A DNA stretch of 64,000 nt, taken from IMG/VR virus record IMGVR_UViG_3300043777_000336, one strand, 5' to 3'. Numbering within the stretch: position 1 is the stretch's first letter; each line of letters starts with the position of its first letter. Under the pieces are notes generated by a model. It ran no database searches and was not told the origin of the DNA. It saw only the letters and a program-made list of their open reading frames with translations. Source of the DNA: an uncultured virus (IMG/VR IMGVR_UViG_3300043777_000336). Its lineage: Duplodnaviria; Heunggongvirae; Uroviricota; Caudoviricetes. The position numbers and the translations under genes were made by a program. This document shows positions 9,537 to 18,177 of this stretch, in pieces.

Positions 9537-9962
9537 GTGAACGGGAACGCGCCTAACCTCACTACGTGGGAGGACAATCCGCAGTACCTCAGTCAAGCGG
9601 GTCACTTCCTTGGTGGTACGTCCGTCATGTTGACCGCGGCGCTGTTCTCTATGGCTCTCGACGCGGGATGGGATCCTATCCTCATCACCTTTGGAGCCGG
9701 AACGGTAGTGGCTGCGTTCAAAGAGTTCTATCTCGATTTGCGCAAACCCGAAGACGATACGCTCCCCGACAGTCTGATGGACTTCAGCTTCTATGTGCTG
9801 GGCGGCACCGTCGGACTCGGACTCGCAGCGCTCGCGATGTCCTATCGAAGCACGCCCAACCCTAGCGGTACGCCGCCGGCAAGGTCTGCTTTGCACCGGG
9901 GTAGAAAAACGCGTTCAGCGTCCATGGCTCGACGCCGACGAAGTACGCGTAGCCCCCGCTGA
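9537..9962 (+). CDS. 3-TM membrane protein, paralog of 8531..8851
   Basis: WEDNPQYLSQAGHFLGG...KEFYLD...DTLPDSLMDFSFYVLG. Confidence 0.75.
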   Translation: MNGNAPNLTTWEDNPQYLSQAGHFLGGTSVMLTAALFSMALDAGWDPILITFGAGTVVAAFKEFYLDLRKPEDDTLPDSLMDFSFYVLGGTVGLGLAALAMSYRSTPNPSGTPPARSALHRGRKTRSASMARRRRSTRSPR

Positions 9963-10443
9963 CGCGCTGAATCTCCGCGATGGCCGCGCCAGGGTCGCTC
10001 ACGTACTCGAGGACACACGAGCAGAAGATGACGACGCTGTTGTCGGCGAAGGGCAGCGGCTGCGTCACGTCGAGTTGCATCGCGTTCGGGCATGAGCTGG
10101 GTAAGAGATCGATCGTCACGTCGCCGCATCCGTAGCCCGACGTCGTGCCCCCATCCGGAGCTCCGATGACGACGAGTGGTCGACCGAGTTGCTGCGCAGC
10201 GCTCTGTGCTTTCTCGAAGACGTCGGCGCGCCGTTGCCGGCGAATCACCCACCAGAGAGCTTCCCAGATTGAGACGGAAGCGAAGACACCGGCCCCGGCG
10301 AGCAGTGCATCCTCTTCCACGCTGTCTTTGCCTCGAAGAGACTGCACCGCGAACGTCCCGAGCGCTGCGAGCGCGGGCAAGCCGACGATCGCTCCGGCGA
10401 GCTTCCACGGGAATCCGCGTCCGCAGTCGTCGCTCACGCTCAC
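9862..10443 (-). CDS. Membrane-anchored class I SAM methyltransferase-like protein
   Basis: Two N-terminal TMs; DVTQPLPFADNSV..CSCVLEYVSDPGAAIAEIQRV resembles Methyltransf_11 motifs. Confidence 0.6.
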   Translation of the reverse strand: MSVSDDCGRGFPWKLAGAIVGLPALAALGTFAVQSLRGKDSVEEDALLAGAGVFASVSIWEALWWVIRRQRRADVFEKAQSAAQQLGRPLVVIGAPDGGTTSGYGCGDVTIDLLPSSCPNAMQLDVTQPLPFADNSVVIFCSCVLEYVSDPGAAIAEIQRVSGGYAYFVGVEPWTLNAFFYPGAKQTLPAAYR

Positions 10444-11009
10444 CCTCCTGGTGTCGACGGCACGTCTTCGAGCCAGTAGGCGTCGAGGTCGGGCAGCTCC
10501 CATCGAAACCCGTGCGCGATCATGTCCTGCCACGCGTAGGCTTTCGACCAGCCAGACATCACCATTCCGATACGTGCGCGCAGGAAGGACGTTCGGTCGC
10601 GTCCGTGGACGCAATGATGCACTACAATCTTGCCCGCAGCGTGCGCCACGATGATGATCTGCTCGGCGCGATGGACGTCGGCAACGGCGGGCAGAACGAA
10701 CACGGACCACGGCTTGTCGTCCTCGGGCGGGATCGGAATTCGAACGACCTCCCAGCCAAGAATCTTCTCCGCGTAGTCGTCGCTGCCCTCGGTCTCGTCG
10801 TCGAGCTTGACGACCACGACGTTCTTGCTGTTCGTCGGGTCGATGCGCGCTGCGAGCTCTCGCCACGCTGCATCGCTGGGCGGCTGTCCCATGCGCCACA
10901 TCCTCGGGGCATACTCGGAAAGGTTCGGTACGCCCCCTGGCGTCGTCGTATCGACGAACCGTGGTATGCAGCCGAAGAGGCCGAGGAGGAGCAGCCAGAG
11001 CTTTTTCAC
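10440..11009 (-). CDS. Lipoprotein with CX5R protein-tyrosine/dual-specificity phosphatase domain
   Basis: MKKLWLLLLGLFG-C lipobox; HCVHGRDRTS active-site loop. Confidence 0.8.
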   Translation of the reverse strand: MKKLWLLLLGLFGCIPRFVDTTTPGGVPNLSEYAPRMWRMGQPPSDAAWRELAARIDPTNSKNVVVVKLDDETEGSDDYAEKILGWEVVRIPIPPEDDKPWSVFVLPAVADVHRAEQIIIVAHAAGKIVVHHCVHGRDRTSFLRARIGMVMSGWSKAYAWQDMIAHGFRWELPDLDAYWLEDVPSTPGG

Positions 11010-11010
11010 G

Positions 11011-11484
11011 TCAGTACCCCGGGTTCGAAGGACTGACGGGTTGCACGGGTGTGGGCGTCGGTACGGGAGCGACGGGAGCGCTCACAACCGTCGAGACGGT
11101 CGACTTGATCGACCAGTACGCGAGCACGCCGAGGACGACCGTGGCTCCGCCGACGACTGCTGCCGCTTCCCAGGGGGAGAGCCCTGCTCCACCGACGGCG
11201 ACGCGCGACGAGTAGTCGAACAGCTCGGGGGAGGTGGGGTTCGCTCCTCGATGGTATGGGTCGGCGGGGTCGGGATCGTGGCGATGGATCTCGTAGTAGA
11301 GCTCCGTGGCTTTGCGCTGGTGGTAGCGCGCCTGCTTCATGTCGCCGGCTTCCTTAAATGCGAGGGAAGCCTGCGCGTGGAGCTGACGCGCTTCCCGCAG
11401 TTGCTTCTCGGAACCTGTGCGACGCCCCTGGTCAGCTCGAAGCTCGGCGCGAAGAGCGAGCGAGTGCGCTCGACGGAGGCTCAT
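11011..11484 (-). CDS. Cargo-fused NP-TM protein
   Basis: Helical cargo, HRGANP...LSPWE-TM ending LAYW, P/T-rich tail. Confidence 0.7.
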   Translation of the reverse strand: MSLRRAHSLALRAELRADQGRRTGSEKQLREARQLHAQASLAFKEAGDMKQARYHQRKATELYYEIHRHDPDPADPYHRGANPTSPELFDYSSRVAVGGAGLSPWEAAAVVGGATVVLGVLAYWSIKSTVSTVVSAPVAPVPTPTPVQPVSPSNPGY

Positions 11485-11686
11485 CGCGGTCCCCTTGTGG
11501 CTTGGAGCGTCTCCCGAGGCACGAGAGCTACCCTATCACCGACCGAAGCGGTCGAAACCGTCTCGTGCACGCCACTGAGCTATTTCGGGGACGAGCGCGT
11601 CCGAGAGTGGTCGATTGGCGCCCATGATCCGCGTCTTCGGGAGCTGTCGGCGAGCTTGCGAGAGGCCCTCGGAAGGGCTATTTCTG

Positions 11687-11714
11687 ACTCTCAGGAAGGG
11701 ACATTATGGCGAGT
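11687..11714. promoter_or_regulatory. Candidate 11-6-11 tyrosine-recombinase core site overlapping the recombinase start codon
   Basis: ACTCTCAGGAA-GGGACA-TTATGGCGAGT; arms are imperfect inverted repeats (7/11). Confidence 0.4.
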
Positions 11715-12809
11715 CAGCCACCCGCATTCCCGGTCACCGATCCGGAGCTCGACGCGCCCGACGGCGCTGTCGTCGACGGTTACGAGCGCGTCGGCGACCA
11801 ATGGGTACAGCGTGACGGGCTCACCACCGCGGGTCCGTCTGCGCTCGCACTCGCGGATCTCGTCGCGAAAACCGAGGAACTTGCTCGAGAAGCTAAGGCA
11901 AACAGCACTCGAGCGGCCTACAGGACCGACTGGGACGCGTTTTCGGAGTGGTGCACGACGATGAGGTTCACCGCGCTGCCGGCGAGCCCAGAAACGGTCG
12001 CGATGTACCTGACCCACCTGTCCGAAACACCGCCGAAAAACAGCCCAGACGAGAAGCGTAAGGTCTCCACGATTGCCCGAGCTATGGCGGCTATTTGCCA
12101 CGCACACTCGCGCGCCGGCATCGACCCGCCCCCGACGCGCACGGCGCGCGTGAAGGAGACCATGGCCGGGCTCCGTCGTCGCCTTGGGGTCGCGCCGAAG
12201 CGCAAGACGGCTGTGCGAGCGGAGCATGTGCTCGGAATGGTGGCGCAGGTCCCCCAAACGCTCGTGGGTCTGCGCGACCGAGCTATCCTACTCGTCGGAT
12301 TTGCCGGCGCTTTCCGACGATCGGAGCTGGTGGGGCTCGACGTTGGCGATCTGGAGTTCGCGGAAGGTCGCCTGAAGGTCACCTTGCGCCGGAGCAAGAC
12401 CGATCAGGAGGGAAAGGGTCGTAAGGTCGGCATCCCGCGTGGCTCATCGAACGAAACCTGCCCCGTCTTCGCGCTCCAGGCGTGGCTGGAAACTGCCGAA
12501 ATTACTAACGGACCTGTCTTCCGAGCGGTCAACAGGCACTGGAAGGTGAGCGAGAGCCGTTTGACGGCCCCCGTCGTCGCGCTCGTCGTGAAACGGTACG
12601 CGGCGGCGATCGGGCTCACCACGAAGGAACAGCTCCGAACCGTCGCGGGGCACTCCCTTCGCTCCGGACTGGTGACCTCGGCGGCGCGGGCGAAGAGGGG
12701 GGACCGCTCCATCCGTGGGCAAACAGGGCATAAAGACTCGAGAATGGTCGACATTTACGTCCAAGACGAGTCCCTCTTCGAGGACAACGCCGCCGAGGGG
12801 CTTCTGTGA
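11706..12809 (+). CDS. Cre-like tyrosine recombinase/integrase
   Basis: N-terminal TRAAYRTDW core-binding domain; RDRAILLVGFAGAFRRSEL, SKTDQ, HSLRSG, QTGH, Y catalytic residues. Confidence 0.93.
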   Translation: MASQPPAFPVTDPELDAPDGAVVDGYERVGDQWVQRDGLTTAGPSALALADLVAKTEELAREAKANSTRAAYRTDWDAFSEWCTTMRFTALPASPETVAMYLTHLSETPPKNSPDEKRKVSTIARAMAAICHAHSRAGIDPPPTRTARVKETMAGLRRRLGVAPKRKTAVRAEHVLGMVAQVPQTLVGLRDRAILLVGFAGAFRRSELVGLDVGDLEFAEGRLKVTLRRSKTDQEGKGRKVGIPRGSSNETCPVFALQAWLETAEITNGPVFRAVNRHWKVSESRLTAPVVALVVKRYAAAIGLTTKEQLRTVAGHSLRSGLVTSAARAKRGDRSIRGQTGHKDSRMVDIYVQDESLFEDNAAEGLL

Positions 12810-13069
12810 CCCGCCGAAAGCTCCCCGTGCGCCCCGCAGAGCCCGCAAAGCGCATCGTGGAGGACCCGACGGCGCGCGAGATCATCGCGAAGCTCCGCGG
12901 CGGTGCCGTCATGTCTCCCGCGATGGTCGCCGACGTCATCGAGAGCTTCGTTCTGGAGCTCGAAGAGCGCGATCGGCTCCTCGCGCGCATCCGGGGGCGC
13001 GTGGACGTCATCACAGCGCGCTTTCCCGAGCCGTTCGACCTATCCCGCTACCTTTCCCCCGAGGTATGA
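12806..13069 (+). CDS. Hypothetical protein
   Basis: GTGA-coupled to the recombinase. Confidence 0.55.
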   Translation: MTRRKLPVRPAEPAKRIVEDPTAREIIAKLRGGAVMSPAMVADVIESFVLELEERDRLLARIRGRVDVITARFPEPFDLSRYLSPEV

Positions 13070-13070
13070 C

Positions 13071-13830
13071 GGAGCTAACCGAGCTAACCATGGACAAAGA
13101 GACTCGAAAACAGGTCCGAAACGCCCGCGCGCTGGCGCTCGAATGGGCCGGATTCGCTCGGTCCCTGGTCCGGCACGCCGCAACGCGCCCGGAAAGCGAG
13201 CTAACCATGTGGGAAGACGCTATTTTTTAGCGGATCTGGCTCGCGCTCACCTATCGCGCCCGCGCTCGGGAGCTATCCGAGGCCACACGCGCAGCTGAAA
13301 ACGCGTCCTAGAGGCCGTCGGAGCGCCGCGTGGGGCTGTTTTCGCGAGCCCGCGGCGCCTGCAGAAGAGCGCGCGAGACCGCCGAGAACATCGATTTGGA
13401 GCTAGGCGCGAAAGATGCGAACCGGTAAAAAGCTACAGAAAACATAGCTTTTCGAGCTAAGCGCCTGGACGGCGAGGCCCGGCGGCGATCGTGGCACCCG
13501 CGGCGAGCTGTCCGCCGAGCTATCCGCCGGTCCAGCGCACCTGAAAAACAGCTCGCGCACCTGTTCCGCACCTATCCCGCGAGCTATCGAACAGCTCGAA
13601 CAGCTCGCCGAGCTATTCGCCGAGCTATCCGGCCCACACGTCGGCCCACACGTCCCGAGCGCACCCCGGCCGGCGCCCGGCGGCGCGGCCCTTCTTACGC
13701 CACAGGCCCCACACGGAAGGCCGCGAGACTCCACAAGTTATCCACACGTCCGATCGGCCGTCTACGTAAAATCGAGCCAAATCGGCCGGCGATGAACCAG
13801 GGCGGCCCACACGAGCCCCACACGAGGCGT
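13071..13830. repeat. Short-repeat-rich non-coding tract (GAGCTA and GCCCACACG repeats) with a perfect DnaA box; candidate origin
   Basis: GAGCTA near 13072, 13081, 13198, 13270, 13516, 13581, 13609, 13622; GCCCACACG near 13632, 13643, 13805, 13815; TTATCCACA at 13738-13746. Confidence 0.5.
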
Positions 13831-14028
13831 CGAGCGCGGCCTCACGGTCGACCGCCGCGCCGCGCGTGCGTCCTAGGCCATGATCCGGCGCGGGAACGCT
13901 GGTAAACAGGGCCGCCCGCGGTACGGCTCATGGCCGGCGCGTGGTATGGCCTAGGGTTGCGCTAGCCTCGTGCAAGTGTGCGACTCGGCTCGATTTGTGG
14001 GCAAGTAGTGGGCCATTTGTGGAGCACA

Positions 14029-14283
14029 CGGATCATGCATGATCCGATCCACAATGGCCATTGTCGCCAGATTGTGGACTCCAGGCCAGATCGGGACGTC
14101 GCCACAACGGGTGACAGAGAAAATGGTGACGCGTTGAATAAGGATCATACATGATCCGTCTACCTTGCGGTAGCAGGGTGAGAAGGAAAACAGAACGGAC
14201 TGTAAAAACAAGGGCGCCACTGGGCCGACACGGGCGCAAGTCGAGGCGCCGACCTTGACGGATCATGCACGAGACTACAGATT
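14029..14283 (+). promoter_or_regulatory. Operator-like palindromes and promoter of the early operon
   Basis: CGGATCATGCATGATCCG (14029-14046, perfect), GGATCATACATGATCC (14142-14157), CGGATCATGCAC overlapping TTGACG (-35, 14255-14260). Confidence 0.6.
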
Positions 14284-14323
14284 GACCGGCGGGGAGACTC
14301 CACGCCCGAAAGGACCCTAGGAC

Positions 14324-15901
14324 ATGAGCACGGAAGGCACTACGCGAGCCGCAGACGTTCCCGCGCTTCTCGCGAAGACGAAAGGGGCGATCGTCGCGGG
14401 CGACGTGACCGCGCTCTTAAAGGCGCGGAATACCGCGCTTTGGCTCTCCACGGTGGAAGAGTCGCGAGCGCTCGCCCTGCTCACGGACGCGAGTGCAGCG
14501 GCGAGCATGGATCCGCGCGTGTGGGATTACGCCCGCGGCATCACGGACGCACAGGGCCGCGTCATCACAGACGCGACGGATCCCACCGTGGCACTCGACT
14601 ACATCGCCACAACGAAAGACCGAGCGCTCTATATTATGCTCGATTTCCACAAGTTTTTGACCGATCCGCTTGTTCAGCGCAAGGTCAAGAATCTTGCCAG
14701 GACGCTAGAGAGCGCGCCGAAGGGAGAAATGCGCGCCCTGTGCGTGCTCTCCTACTCCGCCGACGTTCCCCCCGAGCTGACCGGGTGCGCGACCCTGGTA
14801 GATCTTCCCCTTCCGGACCGCGCCGAAATCGGCGCCATGTTGGACGATATCGTGCAGGCACGGCCCGACATGGCGCCGAGCAACGGCGCGCGAGACGCGG
14901 CAATCGGGGCCGCGTGCGGGCTCACTCTGAAGGGGGCCGAAAATTGCTTCGCCAAGTCACTGGCGACAAAGAAGCAAATCGACCCCGCGATTATCGCGCA
15001 AGAGAAGCGCCGGATCGTTTCCGGTATCCCGGGGCTCGAATGGTTCGACGTCGATTCGCGGGGCCTCGCCGCCATGGGGGGTGGGGACCTTCTCAAGCGC
15101 GCGACGGCGCTCCTAGCGAGTTGCTACTCACCCCGGGCGCGGGCTTATGGGCTCTCGGCGCCGAAGGGATACGTTTGCGTCGGTCCCCCTGGTACGGGAA
15201 AGACGCTCTTTGCTAAGTGCGTCGCCGCCGTCTTTGGGTGTCCACTACTGCGCGCCGATCTGAACGCGACGGCGGGCAAGTTTGTCGGCGACTCTGAAAA
15301 GGGCATCAGGCGCCTTTTCGCCACGGTGGACGCGGTCGGGCGGTGCGTGCTCCTACTCGACGAAATCGAGAAAATGTTTTCCAGCGGCCCCGCGGGCGCC
15401 GATGGGGGAGTCTCGGCGGATCGCCTCGGTCAGTTCCTCTCGTGGATGCAAGAGCGAAAAAGCGAAGTCTTCGTCATCGCGACGGCTAACGACGTCTCGG
15501 GACTCCCCCCGGAAATGTTGCGCAAGGGGCGATTTGACGACGTCTGGTTTGTCGACGTGCCCACACAGCGCGAACGCGTGGAAGTTGTCGGCGCCGCTCT
15601 CGCGCAGTACGGGCGCGACGCGACGACAATCGACGCGGCTGAAGTCGCCCGCGCTTGCTCGGGGTTTGTCGGCGCCGAGATCGCGTCCCTGGTCCCGTCG
15701 GCGATGCTCGTAGCGTTCGCCGACGGCGAGCGCCCCATCACCACGGGGGACCTTGTCGACGCGTCCCGTAACGTGGTCCCCCTCACGAAGACGGCCGGCG
15801 AGAAGATCGATCGCTTGCGCGCATGGGCGAAGGGCCGCGCCCGCCCGGCCTCCACCCCGGAAGAGACCACAGGGACTAGCTCACGACTCGCGGATCTCTA
15901 A
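14324..15901 (+). CDS. Ycf46-like AAA+ ATPase
   Basis: N-terminal TVEESRA / LDFHKFL / PPEL domain; GPPGTGKT, LLLDEIEK, ATAN, LPPEMLRKGRFDD. Confidence 0.9.
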   Translation: MSTEGTTRAADVPALLAKTKGAIVAGDVTALLKARNTALWLSTVEESRALALLTDASAAASMDPRVWDYARGITDAQGRVITDATDPTVALDYIATTKDRALYIMLDFHKFLTDPLVQRKVKNLARTLESAPKGEMRALCVLSYSADVPPELTGCATLVDLPLPDRAEIGAMLDDIVQARPDMAPSNGARDAAIGAACGLTLKGAENCFAKSLATKKQIDPAIIAQEKRRIVSGIPGLEWFDVDSRGLAAMGGGDLLKRATALLASCYSPRARAYGLSAPKGYVCVGPPGTGKTLFAKCVAAVFGCPLLRADLNATAGKFVGDSEKGIRRLFATVDAVGRCVLLLDEIEKMFSSGPAGADGGVSADRLGQFLSWMQERKSEVFVIATANDVSGLPPEMLRKGRFDDVWFVDVPTQRERVEVVGAALAQYGRDATTIDAAEVARACSGFVGAEIASLVPSAMLVAFADGERPITTGDLVDASRNVVPLTKTAGEKIDRLRAWAKGRARPASTPEETTGTSSRLADL

Positions 15902-15942
15902 AAGACCCACGATTACCCTCTAACCGAAAGGACCATATTACC

Positions 15943-16794
15943 ATGAGAACGTCAATTCTGCGCCCTGGGTTTCTCGTTATCGTCAATTCACACGTCGCCG
16001 CGGGCATCACCTACGAACGGCGCGACCTGGACGCGCCGGCCGACGGGACGGTACGGGATACCTCGGTCGTCACCCGATGGGAGACCACGAAGGTCGTTCC
16101 GGACCCCACCGAAAAGAAGCGCGCCGACGACGCGCGTACGAAGGCGTGCGCGGAGCTCTACCGGCTTTGCGTCAAGTCGCGTTACGCGTACGTCTGCCCC
16201 GTCGAGTGCGAGGCGGAGCTAGATGAGGCCGACAAGCGAGCGCGGGCGATCGTCGACGCGCACAACGCGACGGCGGTAACCACCCGGATCGACTTCTACA
16301 CGCTTAAGGGCCTCATGGCCGACAAGAGTGAAGAGACGATCGCGAAGATTTCACAGGAAATGGTCGATCTGATTTCCGACATGTCACGCGGCATCGACCG
16401 CGCCGACGTCAAGGCGATCCGTGAGGCCGCCACACGCGCCGATGAAATGGCCGGCATGCTCGGCGCGGAGCAAGTCAAGGCCGTTGCTGATGCCGTCGAA
16501 CAAGCGCGCAAGGCTGCGCGCGACATCACGGCGCGAATTGGCAAAAAGGGCGAAGACGTCGCCGCTGTAATCGCCTCGGTCCAACGTGGCGCAATCGAGC
16601 GCGCCCGGTTCGCATTCATCGACACAGACGAGGCGCCGGCCCTCGCTGCTGGGGAGTCCATGCCACAGGGCAACGTCCAGCGCTTCGCCGATCTGGAGTG
16701 TGACGAGGCGCCCACCGTTGCGAGCGCCGAGACGAGCGCGACCGAGACGGCCGGCGAGGCGCCGAGCGGTGAGGAGGTGGCGGCGAGCGCGTGA
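15943..16794 (+). CDS. Helical protein co-encoded with the Ycf46-like ATPase
   Basis: GAAAGGA RBS; long ORF with coiled-coil character. Confidence 0.75.
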   Translation: MRTSILRPGFLVIVNSHVAAGITYERRDLDAPADGTVRDTSVVTRWETTKVVPDPTEKKRADDARTKACAELYRLCVKSRYAYVCPVECEAELDEADKRARAIVDAHNATAVTTRIDFYTLKGLMADKSEETIAKISQEMVDLISDMSRGIDRADVKAIREAATRADEMAGMLGAEQVKAVADAVEQARKAARDITARIGKKGEDVAAVIASVQRGAIERARFAFIDTDEAPALAAGESMPQGNVQRFADLECDEAPTVASAETSATETAGEAPSGEEVAASA

Positions 16795-16881
16795 TAGGCT
16801 CGTGAGTCGACCCCCGGCCGGCTTAGGCTAGATCGGGGGTCGGAGCACGAAGTGTACAAATCATCGAAAGGACCGTGAACC

Positions 16882-17217
16882 GTGGCCTGTGAATCAATGC
16901 GTCAACCGGGGCAAACGCTATCGGAACGGATCGATCAAGTCAAGCGCGCGATCAAGCGCCTAGAGGCGGCAATCCAGGCCGGGCGAGTCAAGCTCGCAAT
17001 CGCCCCCAACGGCGCAATCTCGTTTGCGGGGTGGGCCGACCGGGACAACGTCACGGACGCGTGCGCGTATAGGACGTTATCCGCGTCCAATAGTGTCGCA
17101 CTGCGCCGGGCCGTCATGCAGGCCGAGGCCATGTCCGGCCGAAAGGTGAACGCGCACGCAATCGCCGCCGGGCATCATTCGCACGACGGCGGTAAAACTT
17201 GGGAACCTGGCCACTAG
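16882..17217 (+). CDS. Hypothetical protein of the AAA module
   Basis: GAAAGGA RBS; ends HSHDGGKTW. Confidence 0.7.
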   Translation: MACESMRQPGQTLSERIDQVKRAIKRLEAAIQAGRVKLAIAPNGAISFAGWADRDNVTDACAYRTLSASNSVALRRAVMQAEAMSGRKVNAHAIAAGHHSHDGGKTWEPGH

Positions 17218-17264
17218 CAGCTAATCACATGAGCGCCCGTCGAGGGGGCGCGGAAAGGTCAACC

Positions 17265-17495
17265 ATGAATAGTGAGCAAAAGTCGCCGCCGGGACGCATG
17301 GTGCGAGTCACGTTCACGATCGACGCGAGCGATCCGGCGAGCGAAGCGGATCTCAAGCATGGCCTCGCACTTCTCATCAGCATGGGAGAGGCTCTCGCCG
17401 AGCACGGGCATCAGAATATGGTGCAAGTCGAGACGATGGGAGAGGAGGAGAGAGAGACGGCGCCGAGGACAGCGGCCGATTCGAGCCTGAACTAG
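17265..17495 (+). CDS. Hypothetical protein
   Basis: Hairpin + GAAAGGT RBS before ATG. Confidence 0.6.
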   Translation: MNSEQKSPPGRMVRVTFTIDASDPASEADLKHGLALLISMGEALAEHGHQNMVQVETMGEEERETAPRTAADSSLN

Positions 17496-17513
17496 GCATG
17501 GCACCTCCGGGGC

Positions 17514-17582
17514 GAGCTTCCCCGGAGCCGAGCGCGGTACGGGACTGGTCCTTTCGGGCCGCGCTCGCCTCGGGGGAAGCTC
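17514..17582. promoter_or_regulatory. Long intergenic hairpin
   Basis: GAGCTTCCCC/GGGGAAGCTC and CGAGCGCGGT/GCCGCGCTCG pairing. Confidence 0.65.
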
Positions 17583-17605
17583 CAAAGTCACGAGAAAGGT
17601 CAATC

Positions 17606-17791
17606 ATGATTCACCTAGTCATCGCAAACCCGGACATCCGGCGATCGTCGATTGGAACGGGCGAGAGGTGGCACGTGCTCCACCCGGGCAACGACGCAAT
17701 CCTCGCGTACTGCAATACGGAAGAGGAAGCCAAGCTAGTGTGCAAGGGTTTGAACGATCTTGCTGCCGAGCTGGCGAAGGCGTCCAAATGA
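17606..17791 (+). CDS. Hypothetical protein
   Basis: GAAAGGT RBS. Confidence 0.6.
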   Translation: MIHLVIANPDIRRSSIGTGERWHVLHPGNDAILAYCNTEEEAKLVCKGLNDLAAELAKASK

Positions 17792-18177
17792 AAACGATAC
17801 TCCTTGCCTCGTTCCTCACGTGCGTTGCATGCGCCGCCGGCTCAGACCCCGTCGACAAGGTGCCCACATCGCCAACATTCCCTGAGTTGTCGATCGAACA
17901 CTGTATTACCGGCGATTTGTACGCCGTGAAAACATGCACCTTCGCGAGCGGTAGGAAGAGCGCTACGCGCGAGGCGTGCGGAAACAATCAGACCGTCACG
18001 TCATGCCCTCCCGAGGCTCCGCTAGGGTGCTGCACGCCTAACCGTCTGCTCGGGGGACTCTACGACACCTATACTTGCTTCTACCCGATTGCCGGCGAGT
18101 ATACGGGCAGCACCGAAGCGAGCGCCCGCGCGGGGTGCAACACAATCAACGGTACATGGTCGGCGGTGGCGCCATGA
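17788..18177 (+). CDS. Cys-rich lipoprotein
   Basis: MKTILLASFLTCVAC signal/lipobox; multiple Cys. Confidence 0.65.
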   Translation: MKTILLASFLTCVACAAGSDPVDKVPTSPTFPELSIEHCITGDLYAVKTCTFASGRKSATREACGNNQTVTSCPPEAPLGCCTPNRLLGGLYDTYTCFYPIAGEYTGSTEASARAGCNTINGTWSAVAP

